The notes below the pieces were generated by a model, which had not been told where the DNA came from, did not search any database, and saw only the letters and a list, made by a program, of their open reading frames with translations. A stretch of DNA of 64,000 nucleotides from Rhina ancylostomus (lineage: Eukaryota). Of this stretch, positions 22,985 to 32,995 are shown piece after piece. The stretch covers positions 5,467,393-5,531,392 of the forward strand of contig JARFYF010000119.1 in the NCBI GenBank assembly GCA_030265395.1, read 5' to 3'. The position numbers were made by a program, and so were the translations under genes. Each line of letters begins with the position of its first letter. The stretch's first letter is position 1.

Positions 22985-23610
22985 TCAGATGCAGCCAAGT
23001 GACACTATCCTGGCTGTAGCACAAAAGACCTGTGTTCCATAGATGGCTGTGCTTCTAGCCAAGCTGTTCCAATAGTGTTACAATGCTGCCTTATGGCTAA
23101 CAATATCGAAGATTGCCCATTATTCCCCAGAAAGTAGGACAAATCCAATCTGGATAATCATCCAATCAGTCTACTCTCAATGGTGAAATATGTTCTCAAC
23201 AATGCTGTCAGATGGCACATGCTCACTAATAATCTGCTCACTGATGCCCAGTTTGGTTTTCACCAGGATCACGGAGCTCCAGACTTCATCTCAATCTTGG
23301 TCTGAAAAGAGAATTAATGAGGTGAGAATGACATCTGGGCAGCATTTGACTCAGTGCAGCATCAAGGAACCTTTAGAAAACACAAATTGGTGTACATCAA
23401 GGGGAAACTGCTTCAATGTTTTGTTTTTCCAAAGTCGTTGCCGCTTAAGATGGTTGGGATGATTGATCATCATCCCAGGTTCAGAATAACTGCAGAAGTT
23501 CCTCAGGGTAAAGTCATAGACCCAGCCATCTTCAGCTGCTTTATCAATGGCCTTCCTTTGATTGCAAGGTCAGAAGTGGGGATCTTCGCTAATGTAATAT
23601 TCAAGCAATG
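22985..23610 (+). mobile_element. CR1-clade LINE reverse-transcriptase fragment (second family)
   Basis: Remnant RT motifs LAKLFQ, DKSNLDNH-PISLLS, LLTDAQFGF, I.AEVPQG.VI.P.IFSCFIN.LP and VGIFAN (degenerate FADD). Confidence 0.7.
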
Positions 23611-23614
23611 AGAC

Positions 23615-24272
23615 CAGGAGTAGCCTGCTTTACTCCTTGAGCCTGCTCTGCCACTTAACAATATTATAGTTGATCTTCTGCTTCAGCACCTTTTCAATCT
23701 ATTCCCATATCCCTTGATTTTTGTAAGATCCAGAAATCTTTCTCAATTTTATATGAAATCAGTGCCCGAGTTTCCATTGCCCCCTGGGGCAGAGAATTGC
23801 AAAAAGTACTGCTCATTGAAGAAACCTTTGCTTATATCAGCCCAAGTTGCCTACTCTTTATTTTGAGTCTGTGATTTGTAATTTGAGACAACTCAACATT
23901 GCGACATATTCTCCCCATATCTAGCTGGTCGAGCCCTCGAAATTTGTATGTTTCATTGAAGTCGCCACTCATTCTTCCAAGTATGAGAATAAGGGACTAG
24001 CCTACTCAGCTCATATGGCAGATCTGCTGTCCAGGAACTCTCCAGTTAGGTGAATTATTGCTGGACTTCCTCCATAGCAATAGTTCTTTGGAAAAGGAGA
24101 CCAAAATTGTACACAATAACCCCAAGTATAGTTTCAGCAAAGCCCTACATAATTTCAGTAAGTCATCTTGATTTCTGCGTTCAGATTGTTTTGCAATAAA
24201 GACCAATGTGGCATTTGCCTTCCTAATTACTTGCACCTGCATGTTAATCTTCAGTAACTTGTGTACAGAGTC
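23615..24272 (-). mobile_element. CR1-type LINE 3' fragment
   Basis: The minus-strand ORF 24006-24278 gives QVIRKANATLVFIAK...LLKLCRALLKLYLG, typical of the CR1 ORF2 C-terminus, followed by a CR1 3' UTR. Confidence 0.75.
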
Positions 24273-24274
24273 AT

Positions 24275-24363
24275 CCACCTTGAGTAATTAGGTATGGGCA
24301 ATAACTGTTAACCTTGCCAATGATGTACAAGTTCCAAAACCAGAACAAAGAATTAAAAAAAAA
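24275..24363 (+). mobile_element. 3' tail of the LINE family at 22985-23610
   Basis: GTAATTAGGTATGGGCAATAACTG..CCTTGCCAATGATG...GAATTAAAAAAAA, the same tail seen antisense at 63713 onward. Confidence 0.55.
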
Positions 24364-24739
24364 TTGAGGCTAGTTGGGTTAGCAGTACTGCTACAGGTAT
24401 CTGTTGACCAACACTGACAGCTTGATGAAGGTTGCAAAAAATTTAATGCATATTTTCCACTTTTGACAAGTGATGAGAAAGTTAACACTTCTTGAAATAT
24501 TAGAGGTAGTGGTAATGAGTCCATAAGAAGATAGGTGCAGGCAGGATTAAAATGGACTATAAAGAAATGAAAGTATTTTGTAACAAAAACACAATGCTGG
24601 AAGCAGCATCAGTGGAAAGAGGAGCAGAGTCCAAGGCCTTTTATCAGATTTTTGATAAATTTTGAGTATTTTTGTAATTGGTTTGTACAATAGTGAGAGA
24701 CCAAAATATCAGACATTCAAGAAAACACAAAGATAATTC

Positions 24740-25500
24740 AAGTGATGAAACTTTGTGGGTTAATATAATTTAGAAAAGGGGTGATGGTAAGTAAAATTCA
24801 TTTGAACAATCAGTTGTTGAAATTTTTGACATTATTACCAGCATGGCCTTCAGTGGAGAGTTGGAATTTTTGTAGGCATCCAGAAAGCATTAACAAAAAT
24901 GTAGAGAATTGGCTCTCACATTCTAGCAGTGATTGGGAATAAGATGGTAGAAAATGGCTGGAAATAACATTCCATCTCCTCCCCTCCTCCTCAGACCCTC
25001 AATAATTGTATCTGGGGATTCAGGTTTGCAACATCTGTGACTTGATTAGGGACTAGGGGAAATAGAAACTTGGATATCCAAGTTTACAGAGCACATCAGA
25101 GCTGCAAATTCTATAGATCGGAGCAGGAAGCTGCAAATATGAAACTCAACCAGCAGATGGGAGTTTAATGTGGGTGAAGTGTGAGCATTCAGGAAAAATG
25201 AGCATTATTATTGTAAGAGACTAAACTGAGGGTGCAGAGAGGTTTTGATACACAAATCATGATTGAAAAGGCTAATGGACTGGTTGACATTTCCTCGCTT
25301 TTTCTATTCCTGTTTGTACAGTGATGAATTAGGTATACAGAACATTCATCAGAACCCATTGGGAGTTCAGTGTTTCATTTAGAGCATTGTGCATTTTGGA
25401 CAACATACTAAAGGTGGTAAGTGGATGAGAGATGCAGATCAGTTATCATCTAATTAAATGTCAGAGGAGATCAAAAAGCATGCAATCCTACTCCTGTGTA
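24740..25500 (+). mobile_element. CR1-type LINE, fragmented and decayed
   Basis: Scattered RT motifs (ATATCCAAGTTTACAGA resembling ISKFAD; CAGATGGGAGTTTAATGTGG resembling WQMEFN) and tail CCTACTCCTG. Confidence 0.5.
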
Positions 25501-27029
25501 CTGTTTTTGTTATCACTTTTTAAATACTGTGCATATTCGTATTTTGAACACTGTGTGGTAAAATAGTGAATTTGGATAAGTGTGTGATGAAATGCCAGCT
25601 AACCTGGTGGCTACAGAATCAGAAAACAAATGACTTCTCTGCTGGGTTAGGATTTAAATGGATAATAGAACAAATGTCATGTGTGTGTTGAGTACCACTC
25701 TGATTCAGCTGGATGCAATTTAAAGCTGAATGTATCTGAGCTGGCTTTTGTGAAGAATACCTGGAGCAAATAAAAAACATGGATGATTCTGACCTTCCTA
25801 AATTTGCTGGTGGAGCACTATCATAAAGTATAATCTAACTGGATAAATTATGCTATTGCAAATTAGGCACTTTTGGTTCCTGTTAACTCGAATCACTCCA
25901 CCACGTGATCCCTGATGAGAAGGATGCTGAATCATACCTGACTAGCAGGAAAAAGATTAAGTTCAATGCAAATTTATTGTGGCCATCAGGGTAAATGTGC
26001 AAAGGCCAAATTATGAAATGAAACATTGTTTCTTTTCCCACTGTCAAGTGGTAAATATCATTATTGTAAATATCATTTTTTTTGTTCTAAATAAAATTTG
26101 CTAGCTGCTTTTTTTAAATTTTAACAATTCAGTTATCTCAATGATGGACTTAAGATTTTGCATATCCACTTACTGGAACTCAAATTGGGCAATTGGTGTG
26201 ATATGGTTATAGATTTCAATCCTTGGAGTTTTTCATTAATTTGGGTTCCATGGTATTGGCTTGGGCAATTTTGTTAAAAGTTTCCAAATTCCATTTTGTC
26301 TGCATAGGTTAACTGCAATCACATAAGCCCTTTTGTTCTGGAATCTATGTTTTGTGGTTAGTGTGAATGAGGTAACAAGTATCTATTTTCAAATAGTGAT
26401 ATAAAGTACCAATGATTACTTAACTGTGAGCTGTTATATGGCAACAGTTCTGATAATTGTATTAAGTAACAGTTTTTGTTTGGCTGTCCTTGAAAATGCC
26501 CTTGTGATAAAATGATGAAACCAGGAAATTAGTTGTGAATAACTATTGGTGAAGAGAATGAAGGATTATAAAGGTTGGATTGCTAACTTTTGCATGTGGG
26601 CAAGACTTAAATCAAAATAGTCACTATTTATACCATGAAATATTTCCTTTAGGGGGAAAAATCCCTTTTATATTGTGGAAAGGAGCACTTTTTAGTAGTT
26701 AACAATCATTTTCATCTCCATGAATTTTATCATTTGGTGTTTTTAGATATTTTCAGGTCCAATTAGGGACTTTTCACTTTAAAGTTCATATAAGGTGTTT
26801 TGAACATGTTCTAACCATTTTTGCTTGTGATTTGCTATGCTAATTGGGAATAACTTGTTATTAAGCAATGGATGAAAAGTGCAATAGTCTATCATATTTT
26901 GTTTAATCATGATTTGTTCACTTTGCTGACTCGTATTTAACTTCACATGAGACTTACCTGGTTTGTTAAGGAGATTCTGTACTTTTTTTTTATTTGCTTA
27001 GCTTGCAAAGAGGTGGGCTTGGATAGTGC

Positions 27030-27840
27030 TTCATTTATGGGCCAAGGATTTCCTTGAGTTGATGAGACTTTTGCATCTCTTTCCAAAGAGGCTTTGAGAA
27101 CATCTGTGTAATGTTTTCTGTCCTCTTGGAAATCAGTTGCCATGACAGAACTCAGGGTGAAGTGACCGTTTTGTAAGACCGGTGTTAGGTGTGCAGGGGT
27201 TGTAGCTCATCCAAGAGACCCAGCTAAGCACAATTAAAGCCTCGTATTGGACTGGGAGACAGCATTGATGTTGGCCTATTCCTCCCTGCTGCCAGTGGAT
27301 TTAGAACATTGGTGGTACAGTGCTTTGAAGTGCCTGCTGTAATCCATTGTCTCCAGAGCACATGGGAAGGCAGAAGTGCTGATGTCAGGTATACTAGGAA
27401 GTTGGGAATAGGTGATATTTGAACACTTTCCTTGACTGAGGAGGGGGAATGAGTTGCTCTGTGGAGGTATGCTTGTAGTAGAGCTTTGTTTCATGGATGT
27501 TTATAATAAGGCTCATTCGCTTTCACACTTCACTGAAGATCCACCGCTCGAGTCTGCATATATGTAAGCAGGTGACATTTGCATACTGCAGATTGATGAT
27601 GATGATGGTGCAGTGACCTTGGTTTTGGAGTGGAGGTGTAGAAGGTTGAATAGGTTCCCATTTGTCCCTTAGGTTGGCTCCATTCCATTGGAGCTTGGAG
27701 GTAAAAAAAGATTGGAACAGTTCCTCTCAGTCTACAGCAGTTGTGTAAAATGTTTGATGCTGCTTCCTGCCTTTTTCTTGAAGTCACTGAATGATGAACA
27801 AGTCTATGGCATCTCTTAATGAACAGAATCTTCACTGAGT
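27030..27840 (-). mobile_element. RTE-clade LINE fragment
   Basis: Minus-strand remnants DYSRHFKALYHQC and RKHYTDVLKASL match the RTE ORF C-terminal motifs (YSRHLKALE.YHQRCL; KRFKD.LKASL). Confidence 0.65.
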
Positions 27841-28354
27841 CAGAGTAACTTTCCTGCCACTGGGCAGACGTTGAGGAGATTCCTTATAGTAACTTTCTCT
27901 GTAACAGACAGAAATATAACTCCTACGTACTAGAGTTAGATTTCTCTTTTTAAAAAAAGACTATGATGTTGCCTCTGAGGTTCTATGACATGCACTCTTC
28001 CCACAGGAGGGAGGTGAGGCTGTGAATTTGTGCCTGGAAATTCCCTTTTGTGCATTTTTAGAACATTATTGATAGCATTTTCTCCTGTTTTTAGTGGTCA
28101 ATAGCAGCATTAGAAAGAATTTGGCTTAAAGGTAAAAGCAGAGGCTGGGGGCAAACTGTTAATTTGCAGAAGGAAGGATGTGAGAATTTTTTTTCCCTCT
28201 GATTTTGTTGCTGGGGCACTCTTTTGAAGTGTATTAATTATGTAGATGTGAATATGCAGTGTAAAATTTCTGACACAAAACCCAGAAGTATGATAAACAG
28301 TGAAGGGGGGGGGGTGGGATTGATGGGNNNNNNNNNNCCCCCCCCCCCCCCCGG

Positions 28355-28620
28355 AAATAGTGTGAAAATGGGCAGATAAGTTGTAGGTAAAATTTCACAC
28401 AGAAATCTGAATTGATGTGCATTGGCATAAAGAATGGGGTCAGTATAAATGGAGTGGCATCGTCCTCAAGGGGTATGTAGGAGCAGAAGGACCTCGGTGT
28501 ATATGTGCACTATCTTTGAAAGTGGGTGGTTGGGCATGTTGAGAGAGTAGTTAGCAAAGCATATAGGATCACGAGAATCATGGAATGTCAAGAAGGAAAG
28601 TTATGCTGAGCATGAATGAA
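28355..28620 (+). mobile_element. CR1-type LINE fragment
   Basis: GTGAAAATGGGCAGATAAGTTGTAGGTAAAATTTCAC (WAD.W..F) and GAGCAGAAGGACCTCGGTGTATATGTGCAC (EQKDLGVYVH). Confidence 0.65.
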
Positions 28621-29199
28621 ACACAGGGTCCCCATATGTACACCCAGATCCCTCTGTTCCACAGCTTTTTGGAACTATGTGCCACTTCATTATAGTGACC
28701 CTCACTACTTTTATGCCAGTGTGTATCACTTCAGACTTCTCTAAACAAAATTTCAGCTACCACTTATCTGCCTGTTTGAGCAAAAGATACAAGGAGATGT
28801 AAGGCAAAGCATTTTTATGCAGATTATATGATCTGTAATTCATTACCTTTAGCAGCCGACATAGAATTGATAGACCCAGATATTTACTTCCACTGCCAGA
28901 ACAATTTTGATTCCATGAATTAATTAAAAGTCACACTCTGAACGGGGAAACTATTTGCCATGGTTAAAACATTGGTTTTGTTGCCTGCTTCCCCTACCAT
29001 GTTTGTTAGTTTTAAACTGTTGTGTATTAGCTTTGTAACAGTGTTGAAGATAAATGTACTTTAACCAAAGTTTTTTAAAAACACAGAAGTTAGCAATGGC
29101 AAGCAATGTTAAACAGATTATGCTGGTGCAAAGAATGAGTAATACCATTTGTAGCCAGAGTATGGAAGATTTTATGTTTCCTGTTCTTTTGCTTTACAG

Positions 29200-29361
29200 G
29201 AATTCTTGGAACAATTTTTTTAGAAAACTGCCTTCTGATCTCCCAAGGGTAGCTGCATTTGAAGAATGAGAAAGTTATAGAAGATGGATTAGGGCTTGGA
29301 AGAACACTGGTTTGTAGCAAGTTTCCAGGGCCGGAACCTCTGCAAGAGGTGTGGAAGAGAA
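29200..29361 (+). other. RNF19A: RNF19A exon 2, 5' UTR portion
   Basis: Strong acceptor TTTCCTGTTCTTTTGCTTTACAG|G (AG at 29198-29199), 162 nt upstream of the ATG. Confidence 0.75.
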
Positions 29362-29939
29362 ATGAGCTTGCATGGCAATCAACAAGTGGACTCGGACCGT
29401 GATCTGCAGTCCTCTGCATCCTCAGTTAGTTTACCTTCGGTTAAAAAGGCACCAAAGAAGCGCCGCCTGTCACTCGGGTCTCTCTTTCGAAGGAAAAAGG
29501 AGTCAAAACGAAAGTCCAGGGACTTAAATGGGGGAGTTGATGGAATTGCAAGTATCGAAAGCATTCATTCAGAACTTTGTAATGACAAGAACTCGATATT
29601 GTCAACCTGTGGTTCATCTGAAAGTGGGACTGACAAACAAAGTGGAGACTTTCTTGAATGCCCTCTGTGCCTTTTGCGTCAATCTAAGGACAAATTCCCA
29701 GACATTATGACTTGCCACCACAGGTCGTGTGGAGATTGCTTGCGGCAATACTTGCGAATTGAGATCTCAGAAAGTAGGGTTAATATCAGCTGCCCAGAGT
29801 GTACTGAGAAATTCAATCCCCATGATATCCAGTTGATTTTAAATGATGATGTGCTGATGGAAAAGTATGAGGAATTCATGCTGCGCCGTTGGTTGGTAGC
29901 AGATCCAGACTGCAGATGGTGCCCTGCTCCTGATTGTGG
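29362..29939 (+). CDS. RNF19A: RNF19A (Dorfin) RBR E3 ubiquitin ligase, coding exon 1: N-terminus, RING1, start of IBR
   Basis: [78 protein letters not shown] is nearly identical to vertebrate RNF19A. An in-frame TAG lies upstream at 29290. Donor GG|GTAAGG, phase 2. Confidence 0.96.
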
Positions 29940-31059
29940 GTAAGGAAAAACCACTTTGGATTTTAAGCTCATCTTGGGGGTGGGTGGGGGGCTAAAGTAA
30001 GAGGAGAATAGTGATTTTCACAAATTCTTTCATTTTGAGGTGTTTCAAAATATTGTTCCTTTCAGATTTCTGAATAGGCTATCAAAGCTGTATATAGAAA
30101 TTTATTGTATATTCCATTTTGTCCCAAAAGTATTAATCAATATTCTAATACTTTTTCATGCTTCTACTACTTCCATTGCATTAACCATGTTCCTTTCGTT
30201 TATTATAATTTGAGTCTTTGGCTAAAGCAGCTGCAAAATAATATAAAACCCATCACCAAGATTTGAAACCTGGAACTTGCTAGTCAAAAACGTCCTCCTT
30301 CCATGACAACTTTATTGTCTCAAACATTTGAATTTGATTGAAATAGTTTGGAAAAATTGTTGTAGCCCACATGACTTCATATTTCCCTTTTGAGTGAATA
30401 TTTTCTCACAAGATTTGTGTGTGGGTTGATTTTACTGCATTCAAAAAAAAATTGTGGGGATAGTGATACGAATAAAGTTGGGCTCTAAAATGGTATACTA
30501 CCTGTCAATTTAGCTTGTGCTGCTCACTGTTAAAGGTGCTTTGGTGATGTACACTGAAGATGCTCAGCAGCTGGAAAGCTTTAACCAAGTAAGAGTGGGG
30601 GGGGGGGGAAATAACAGTTTAACAAAAAAAATGTATTGATCAAATGGTTTAATTAGGACACTAATTCTAACTGATCCTTAAGTTTCATGTGCATACTTTA
30701 ATTGTTATAGTGCTGCCTCTTTAAAATAAAATAATAGCATTCTTATTGCACATCCAATTGACTCTTGCTACAAATCTAGGTCTCTTAAGAGAAGGCTGGG
30801 AGTCATTTTATGATGTGGGTTTTTTACCAGAGAGATTAATTCAAAAGCAATTGCCCAAGAGTGTCTTTTAACAATTCTAAGAATCAGCCTACAAAGTATG
30901 GGATAAGTTAGTTTTGGATCGCTTGAATCACAAGCCTTCAATTTATGGCAGGTGGAATGTGACTTGATAATTGGTCAGCGTCCAATAACTATTTCTTAAT
31001 TGATTTCTTGTGTAGGAAGCCTTGTGAGAATTTAAGAATAAAGCAAGTAGAGTTAAGAG

Positions 31060-31950
31060 TAGGATAAGTCTCTAAATAGTATCTGTAAATCATTGGCTTC
31101 TGTATACTCAATGACTTGAGTATGAATCCACAGTCCTCTGGGATAGAGACTGCCAAAGATCTGTAATTTTCTATGTCCAGAAATTTATCATTCTCACCTT
31201 TTAATTGACAACTCCTTGTACTGAGGCTATGCTACTTGGCTCTAGATTCAACAAACAGCGAAAATAGTATCTATCTTGTGAATCCTTCAAAATCTGGTAC
31301 ATCTTACTGAGAGCACCTTTTCATTCTTTTGCACTGTAACAATTATAGGCCCATCCTACANNNNNNNNNNTGAACCTAGACTGCACTGCTTCATTGGCAA
31401 ATAACTTTTTTTCTTGGAATAACAGTGGACTTCACTCTTGTACTCTACCTGGAGCAATAAAAGCCACTGTACAGTTTGCTTTTGCAATTGTTTGCTGTAT
31501 TTGTATGTTAATAAAGTCTCATGTACTAGCACTTCTAGATTACCCTTGTACATCATGTACTAATTTATCATTTTTTTTAAACAAAAGTTGTTTTGCAATT
31601 CTTCCTTCCAAAATGGATGTCAAATTTTATTGCTTTTTTTCTCCCATTTGCCATTGACTTAATTTTGTACATCGGTGTATGTGAACTCTCCATCCTCATC
31701 ACATCCCACGGTATCATTTAGTTTTGTAATTATAAAGCTTTAGACAGAATGTGAAGTCTGCCATTAATATGGATTTTTAAATGAATCGGTGCTGGGCAAT
31801 CAGCTTTATGTCACCCAAGGTAACTCTATCAACCTGAACCCATTGATTCTCTGCCCTTTAAACAATTCTGTACTCCTAATGAAAAACTTCATATGAAATT
31901 TTTGTGTTAACAACATTTATACAGCACTTTAACATGCTGTTTGAAATTCT
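31060..31950 (-). mobile_element. CR1-type LINE fragments
   Basis: Minus-strand translation KYSKQLQKQTVQWLLLLQVEYKSEV is a frameshifted QQAI.KAN..LAFIA.GVEYKS. The CR1 3' UTR motif CCACAGTCCTCTGGGATAGAGA is present. Confidence 0.6.
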
Positions 31951-32787
31951 AGATGTATAGCTTTATTTACCCTGCTAGTTGTATCTTTAGAAAGGAACAA
32001 TCCATATTAATTTTCAAAAAAGTAGTCTAAAATAATAAAAGAAGAATTGAACTTGTGTTGCACTTTAGAATTGTTTATGAAGGCTTCATATTTAGATTGT
32101 GTTTATAGTAGGGAGTGGGCAGCATTTTTTTCCTTCTAAACGTTTGCTTGATGTGTGTAATCTTCCAAATGCCTAGTTTACTTCCACTGGTAGGAAGTGA
32201 TTTTTAAGTTACTCCCACACCATCAGAGGTAACTAATTTCAACAAAGGACACCTATCTTACCCAGATCTGAGTTGGTTTTATTGTATTAAATGGCAATTT
32301 GGCATCTCATTTTTTAAAATCAATTTTAACTTCAACTCAGTCTTTGGATATGAAGAAGGAACAGTGTAAGATTTTAATGGCTGCAGGTACAGATTAATTT
32401 TTAAGTAGTTTTACTTATTCTGGTTCCATAGTCCTCAGGTTCACTTTGAGTAACTCAAAAGTGGGAGTAGCTCAAAAGAAATGTTTTTGTCATATGCTGA
32501 AAGAGTTGATATTGAGCAAGTGTGGACTCAAAAGTATAATTGTGCATTGTTTTTATGCAGTGACTTAACAAGCTTTATGCTGAAATTAGAAATTGTTAAG
32601 CATATGATTCCTGTCCTTTTAAAGTTGTTGTTTCTAGCATAAAGCTTGATGTATTATTCACTTACACTTGTTTAGTCATTCAGTTTAGTAATTTAAATGA
32701 TCTAGAGAGTAAATGTATTCCTTCTGGCCAAAAGGCAGTTACAAATCAATTTTAGCAATATTAATAAAAAATGTTCTTTGTTCTATT

Positions 32788-32995
32788 GCAACACACGCAA
32801 AATGCTGGACGAACTCGGCAGGTCAAGCAGCATCTAAGGAGGGAAATAAACAGTCAATGTTTTGGGCCGAGACTCTTCATCAGGACTCGTTATGAAATGT
32901 TTAATTCCCCCTAGGTGCTGCCTGACCCGCTGAGTTCCTCCAACATTTTGTGGGTGTTGCTCCAGATTCCAGCATCTGCAGAATCTCTTGGTTTC
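32788..32995. mobile_element. Penelope-derived foldback (inverted terminal-repeat) element
   Basis: ~48-bp arms CAACACACGCAAAATGCTGGACGAACTCGGCAGGTCAAGCAGCATCTA and TAGGTGCTGCCTGACCCGCTGAGTTCCTCCAACATTTTGTGGGTGTTG are reverse complements with few mismatches. They are followed by CAGATTCCAGCATCTGCAG. Confidence 0.75.

Noticed and set aside
25911-25935. CTGATGAGAAGGATGCTGAAT as a hammerhead or C/D-box candidate
   Set aside because: No GAAA, no stem, and box spacing is far too short for a snoRNA.
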